Shown piece after piece: positions 27,411-32,000 of a stretch of DNA of 32,000 nucleotides. The stretch lies in assembly GCF_000012285.1 (NCBI RefSeq), contig NC_007181.1:1290001-1322000 (forward strand). Reading direction: 5' to 3'. The translations under genes were made by a program, and so were the position numbers. Each line of letters starts with the position of its first letter. The first letter of the stretch is position 1. Source of the DNA: Sulfolobus acidocaldarius DSM 639 (GTDB lineage Archaea; Thermoproteota; Thermoprotei_A; Sulfolobales; Sulfolobaceae). The notes under the pieces were generated by a model, which made no database searches, was not told the origin of the DNA, and worked only from the letters and a program-made list of their open reading frames with translations.

Positions 27411-29126
27411 ATGAAGGTTTTAGTAACATCTGCATGGCCTTATGTTAATGCAGTTCCACATCTGGGAAATTTAATAGGCTCTATATTATCAGCAGATGTC
27501 TTTGCAAGATATGCCAGATTAAAATATGGAAAGGAAAATGTCGTTTTTGTAAGTGGTAGTGATGAACACGGTACACCTATCGAAATTGAGGCAAGGAAGA
27601 GAAACATAGAACCCAAGAAATTGACCGATCAGGCGCATGCCTATGATAAGAAATTATTTATTGACACATGGAAGATAAGCTTTGACAATTATAGCAGGAC
27701 TGAGTCTGAAGTACACAAAGAGTTCGTTAGAAATTTTCTAGTAAAACTCGAGAAATACATCAAGGTAGAAGAGGACGAGATTCCATACTGTGAAAAAGAC
27801 AAGTTATTTCTTCCGGATAGATTTATAAAGGGAGTATGTCCTTACTGTGGCTTTGAAGACGCTAGAGGTGATCAGTGTGATAATTGTGGTAGATTGTTGA
27901 CTCCAAGATCATTAGTAAATGCTAAGTGTGCACTATGTGGTAATCCACCTGTATTTAAAGTTACCAAGCATTGGTTTTTCGATTTATCTGAATTTGGAGA
28001 TAAAATAAGGGACTGGATATCCAGTTCCAGCACAATGCCTGATAACGTAAAATCTGTTGCATTAAGCTGGGTTAAGGAAGGTCTTAGACCAAGAAGTATA
28101 ACACGAGATAACATGTGGGGTATACCTGCACCATTTGCAGGTGCAGAGAACAAAACAATATATGTCTGGTTTGAAGCTCTTCTAGGTTATCTATCTGCAA
28201 CAGTAGAGTACTTCAAAAATTTAGGAAAAGAAGAGATGTGGAAGGAATTTTGGTTATATAATGATACTAAAACCTATTATTTCATCGGAAAGGATAACAT
28301 TCCTTTCCATGCTGTTATATTACCTGCAATGTTGATGGCAAGTAATGAAAAATATAATTTACCTAGCGTTATAGCTGCTACTGAATATCTTCTCTATGAG
28401 GGTCAGAAGTTTAGTAAGAGTAGGAAAATAGGCGTGTGGATCGATGAAGCTGATAAATTGATGGATGTAGAGTATTGGAGGTTTATATTAATTAGGTTAA
28501 GACCAGAGGAGAAAGACACAAACTTCACTTGGAGAGAAGCTCTTAGAATAGTTAATACAGAGCTAAACGACGACATTGGCAATTACGCTAATAGGGTACT
28601 CTCGATGGTAAAGCGATACTATGATGGTGTTGTCCCATCTCCTAAGGAGGCAATATTCAATGACGAAGACAAGAATTTGATTACGTTAATTAAGGAATCT
28701 CCTAAAAGGATGGGAGAGTTGTTTGAGCTAGGAAAGATAAAGGCGGGAAGTGAAGAGATCTTAAAACTTGCCAGGTCAGGAAATCTTTATCTGAATAATA
28801 GAGCCCCCTGGTCATTAGTAAAGACCAATAAAGAGGAAGCTAATAATGTATTATACATTTCTGTAAACTCCTTGAGGACCCTTGCTATAATGCTATATCC
28901 AATCATGCCAACTTATTCATCTAACTTATATCAACAATTAGGACTCTCTAATTTGGAGAGTGAGACATGGGACTCAGCAGGCTCCTTGAAAATAATGCCT
29001 GGTCATAAAATAGGCGAAATAAGGAGTTTATTTAAGAAGATAGAAATGTCACCAGAAGAGTTAATGAAAAAATTGGATGAAATAAGAAGGGAAGTGGAAA
29101 AAGAAAGACCTGATCTTTTAAGGTAA
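27411..29126 (+). CDS. metG: Methionyl-tRNA synthetase
   Basis: HIGH-type motif PYVNAVPHLGNLIGS, KMSKS-type KFSKSRK, and zinc knuckles CPYCG...CDNCG...CALCG. Confidence 0.92.
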   Translation: MKVLVTSAWPYVNAVPHLGNLIGSILSADVFARYARLKYGKENVVFVSGSDEHGTPIEIEARKRNIEPKKLTDQAHAYDKKLFIDTWKISFDNYSRTESEVHKEFVRNFLVKLEKYIKVEEDEIPYCEKDKLFLPDRFIKGVCPYCGFEDARGDQCDNCGRLLTPRSLVNAKCALCGNPPVFKVTKHWFFDLSEFGDKIRDWISSSSTMPDNVKSVALSWVKEGLRPRSITRDNMWGIPAPFAGAENKTIYVWFEALLGYLSATVEYFKNLGKEEMWKEFWLYNDTKTYYFIGKDNIPFHAVILPAMLMASNEKYNLPSVIAATEYLLYEGQKFSKSRKIGVWIDEADKLMDVEYWRFILIRLRPEEKDTNFTWREALRIVNTELNDDIGNYANRVLSMVKRYYDGVVPSPKEAIFNDEDKNLITLIKESPKRMGELFELGKIKAGSEEILKLARSGNLYLNNRAPWSLVKTNKEEANNVLYISVNSLRTLAIMLYPIMPTYSSNLYQQLGLSNLESETWDSAGSLKIMPGHKIGEIRSLFKKIEMSPEELMKKLDEIRREVEKERPDLLR

Positions 29127-31223
29127 TTCAACATACGTTTTTACTGGATTGAATTTTCTTCCTCTTCCCTCATAGAATTTGCTGAACATTTCGTAGAAGT
29201 GTAATCTCATGTCCTGTATGAAAACTACTAGCCCTTCTAGTGCTATAGCCAGCAAATTACCTACTATTATGATTGCTATTGATGCTGGATTTATGAATAC
29301 TGCAAGTAATGAATTTGGAGAACCTGCCGCAAGATAACCCATGAACGAGAACGCGAATAGTATGTAGTAGTGAGCAATTGCGAATATTAAGATCCTTATG
29401 AATGAAATTACATTTGATAGTAATAATATTCCAGCTTCAAATGCACCTTCTATAAATCCAGTAACTATAGCATTTCCTATACTAACCTTCTCATGCTTTC
29501 TAAGTATAATTATTTTTCCTATCCAATTATATATTAGGGCAAGCTCTACCCAGATAACTAATGACGTTGCTAATATTTGTGTTGTACCAGGGGCAGGCGA
29601 ACCTGAATGGAATATGAAGTATTCAATACCTCCCAGTAATTCCTGTATCTGTAATGTATAGTTTGAGATATTTGTAAATCCATAGGAGAATACGATCAGT
29701 GGTGGAGTGTAAATCAGAAGTAAAGGTAACCTATCTAGGACAAGGTATTCGTAATCCTTCTTCTTTATTGTATTTATCACGCCTAATATTGAACTTACAA
29801 ACAGTAATATTGAACCTAGTAGCAATGATATTATTATAGTATTAACTATACCTGTTTCTCCTGAGGTTGGCAGTATTGGAGCTATCTTCTCATATACAGA
29901 TTCGGAAATAGGCCAGATGTTATATAATGGCCCTACTGGATAGGACGGGTTATTTAACAATTCACGTAGACCGCCCACAGCTAAAGGTCCAAAGAACTCC
30001 CTAGCTAATATACCTGTTATCGCTGCAATAATACTACTATAAATTAACACTAGAGATAGGTATCTAATACTCTCACTATTTCTCTTTTTGCCATAATTGT
30101 GGAACCAAACTGCAAATATGAGTAAAATTATTGCGTTTCCCAGATCCGGAAACATAAGTCCGAAGATCAGAGGGAAAGTAATTATAAGAAATAGTGTGGG
30201 TGATATCTCCCAATATGAAGGAGTGCCGTATAACTCTATTATGCTCTCTAGTGGTCTTATTGACTTAGGTAAATTAACATAAGTAGGTGGTTCTTCTTGT
30301 TCACCGAATCTCTTCGGATATTCGTACACTACTACAGCTGAATCTTTTAAGGAATTTGTTAATTGTTTAGTGGATTTTTCTAACACATATCCCTCGATTT
30401 GAATAAAGTAGTCTGAAATTTTGGCTTTAGATAGAACCAACATACTGTCTCTAAGTGTTAGAAGTTTTCCGTATGTAGATTGTATCCATTCTTTATCTTC
30501 ATTAGCTTTCTCTCTTAATTCCTTTCTTTTTGCACCAAGAACACCATCTATGTAGTTAATTCTGTCCATAATGGTCTTATATTGCTGGCTAGGCGACACC
30601 AAATCCTGGGTCTCTAATCTTTTGATTCCTAATTCCTTTAACGTCTCATTAAGTCCAGTCCCCTTTAGACCTATGATCAGGGACGGATAGAAATTATTTG
30701 ACTGATACGAGATAACTTCAAAACCTCTTTTCTTCAACTCCTCAATTTGTTGGCGATTTAATATAGCCAATGCCACGTCAAAATAAGTGTTTGCATATAT
30801 TTTCTTCAGGTCAATATCTACATCCTTGAATGGTTCTAATTCATCAAGTTTGAGTTTTAATGAATCTCTCTCTGATTTCAATTTTTGTATTTCTTCAAGC
30901 AATTCGCGATATTTTTCCTCTATTTTAGAGGCTTCAGAAGTATAAATACGTGCTATTTCAATCCAATCCTGTTTATCCTGTTTTAGGTTTCCTTTTGGCT
31001 CTACAGCTATTTCAGATGCTTCCATGAGGAGTATTAGTCTTGCTATTTTATCGTTGATTTCTCCTAATATCCTTCTTGCATCCTCAAGCCTGTTCTGTGA
31101 AATTGGTACTTTAGGATCATCGGGCTCAAAAGTCCCCAATTTAAGAAGTTTACTAACGACTTCATTCACGTTATCCTTTGTCGTTATTATTTCAGCTCTT
31201 ACCACTGTTTCCGGCAGAATCAA
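29118..31223 (-). CDS. atpI: A-type (A1Ao) ATP synthase subunit I (a-subunit/116-kDa family)
   Basis: 701 aa. The N-terminal half is a cytosolic coiled coil and the C-terminal half has multiple TM helices, ending ...DMRLHFYEMFSKFYEG. It lies next to atpF/atpE. Confidence 0.85.
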   Translation of the reverse strand: MILPETVVRAEIITTKDNVNEVVSKLLKLGTFEPDDPKVPISQNRLEDARRILGEINDKIARLILLMEASEIAVEPKGNLKQDKQDWIEIARIYTSEASKIEEKYRELLEEIQKLKSERDSLKLKLDELEPFKDVDIDLKKIYANTYFDVALAILNRQQIEELKKRGFEVISYQSNNFYPSLIIGLKGTGLNETLKELGIKRLETQDLVSPSQQYKTIMDRINYIDGVLGAKRKELREKANEDKEWIQSTYGKLLTLRDSMLVLSKAKISDYFIQIEGYVLEKSTKQLTNSLKDSAVVVYEYPKRFGEQEEPPTYVNLPKSIRPLESIIELYGTPSYWEISPTLFLIITFPLIFGLMFPDLGNAIILLIFAVWFHNYGKKRNSESIRYLSLVLIYSSIIAAITGILAREFFGPLAVGGLRELLNNPSYPVGPLYNIWPISESVYEKIAPILPTSGETGIVNTIIISLLLGSILLFVSSILGVINTIKKKDYEYLVLDRLPLLLIYTPPLIVFSYGFTNISNYTLQIQELLGGIEYFIFHSGSPAPGTTQILATSLVIWVELALIYNWIGKIIILRKHEKVSIGNAIVTGFIEGAFEAGILLLSNVISFIRILIFAIAHYYILFAFSFMGYLAAGSPNSLLAVFINPASIAIIIVGNLLAIALEGLVVFIQDMRLHFYEMFSKFYEGRGRKFNPVKTYVELP

Positions 31224-31292
31224 AACTATTCAATATGGAAAAAACGTTTTACCTTAAAATATTTATTCTCGAGCTTAAGTTATCTAATCTTG

Positions 31293-31595
31293 ATGGGTAA
31301 AGTTATTGTTATTGGCGATAAGTATACTGTTAATTTGTTTAAACTTATAGGTACGGAGGGTATTATATTAGAAGACCCTCTAGAACTAGAGAACACACTT
31401 CTAAAGATTAGAAAAAGAGAAGATGTAGACTTAGTGTTAGTAACTAATGACACATACACTCCAGTAAAGGAAAAAGTGGATAACCTTATATTAGAGCAGA
31501 AAAAACCACTCATAACAGTTATTCCAAGCCCATTTAGTGAAGCTAAACCTGTTGATGTAAAAGGTTTAATACTTAAATCACTTGGTTTTGGGTGA
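31293..31595 (+). CDS. atpF: A-type ATP synthase subunit F
   Basis: ~100 aa. KVIVIGDKYTVNLFKLIGTEG...DVDLVLVTND is typical of V/A-ATPase F subunits. Its position is between atpI and atpE. Confidence 0.75.
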   Translation: MGKVIVIGDKYTVNLFKLIGTEGIILEDPLELENTLLKIRKREDVDLVLVTNDTYTPVKEKVDNLILEQKKPLITVIPSPFSEAKPVDVKGLILKSLGFG

Positions 31596-31600
31596 GTAAA

Positions 31601-32000
31601 ATGGTTGATTTTGAAGAGTTATTATCTAAGACTCAAGAGGTCGAGAAAAAGAAGATAGACGAAGAGTTAAAGAAAGCTTTCACCGAGGCAAATCTAATTG
31701 TAGATGAGGCTTATAATGAAATATTATCTGAATACTCAAAGAGAATCCAGGAGATTATATCAAAAAATATTGAGGCTTTGAGAGGAGAGGAAGCTAAGCT
31801 TGAAGTAGAAACTAAAAGAGCTGTAAATAAGGAGAAGGATTACTGGGTTCAGCAAGTATTTCAGAAGACTTTAGATGAGTTAGAAAAGATAGCAAATACT
31901 AAGGATTACAAAAATAGAATAGAAAGTATTTTATCTAGGGAGTTAACTGAGGGAGCTATTGTTTATTGCTCAAATAACGATAAGAAGTTCATTGAGGGAA
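31601..32000 (+). CDS. atpE: A-type ATP synthase subunit E, N-terminal part (runs off the window)
   Basis: Not in the track because it has no stop. The ATG at 31601 gives MVDFEELLSKTQEVEKKKIDEELKKAFTEANLIVDEAYNEILSEYSKRIQEII..., a charged coiled-coil N-terminus typical of subunit E, and it sits in the operon position after atpF. Confidence 0.7.
   Translation, partial: MVDFEELLSKTQEVEKKKIDEELKKAFTEANLIVDEAYNEILSEYSKRIQEIISKNIEALRGEEAKLEVETKRAVNKEKDYWVQQVFQKTLDELEKIANTKDYKNRIESILSRELTEGAIVYCSNNDKKFIEG

Overview
AT-rich (about one-third G+C by hand counts) crenarchaeal chromosome segment that looks like Sulfolobaceae. It has a stand-alone 5S rRNA gene, PolB1/Dpo1, PriL, L7Ae, A-type ATPase subunits I/F/E, three aaRS genes, and TATA boxes about 27 bp upstream of start codons. 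The housekeeping backbone (1-10342 and 19569-32000) is interrupted at a tRNA-Arg(GCG) gene by two foreign, G+C-richer segments in tandem. (i) 10374-16072 is a ~5.66-kb integrated element bounded by a perfect 44-bp direct repeat of the tRNA 3' part. Integration has split its SSV-type integrase gene into Int(N) and Int(C). It carries 8 ORFs: a 684-aa P-loop replication protein, RHH, AbrB-like and HTH proteins, and no capsid genes. This matches what I recall of the fusellovirus satellite pSSVi. The element contains several unexplained cis motifs, including a 14-17 nt motif present three times, phased TGTACA palindromes, and an inverted repeat bracketing the int TATA box. (ii) 16073-~19300 is an older, decayed island directly after attR. 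It holds a heavily disrupted, 3'-truncated tyrosine-recombinase pseudogene and an intact, sequon-rich, membrane-anchored thermopsin-family protease with three tandem 75-aa C-terminal repeats. No CRISPR array, IS element or recognisable defence operon was seen. All family assignments rest on motifs read by eye and on remembered sequences, not on database searches.
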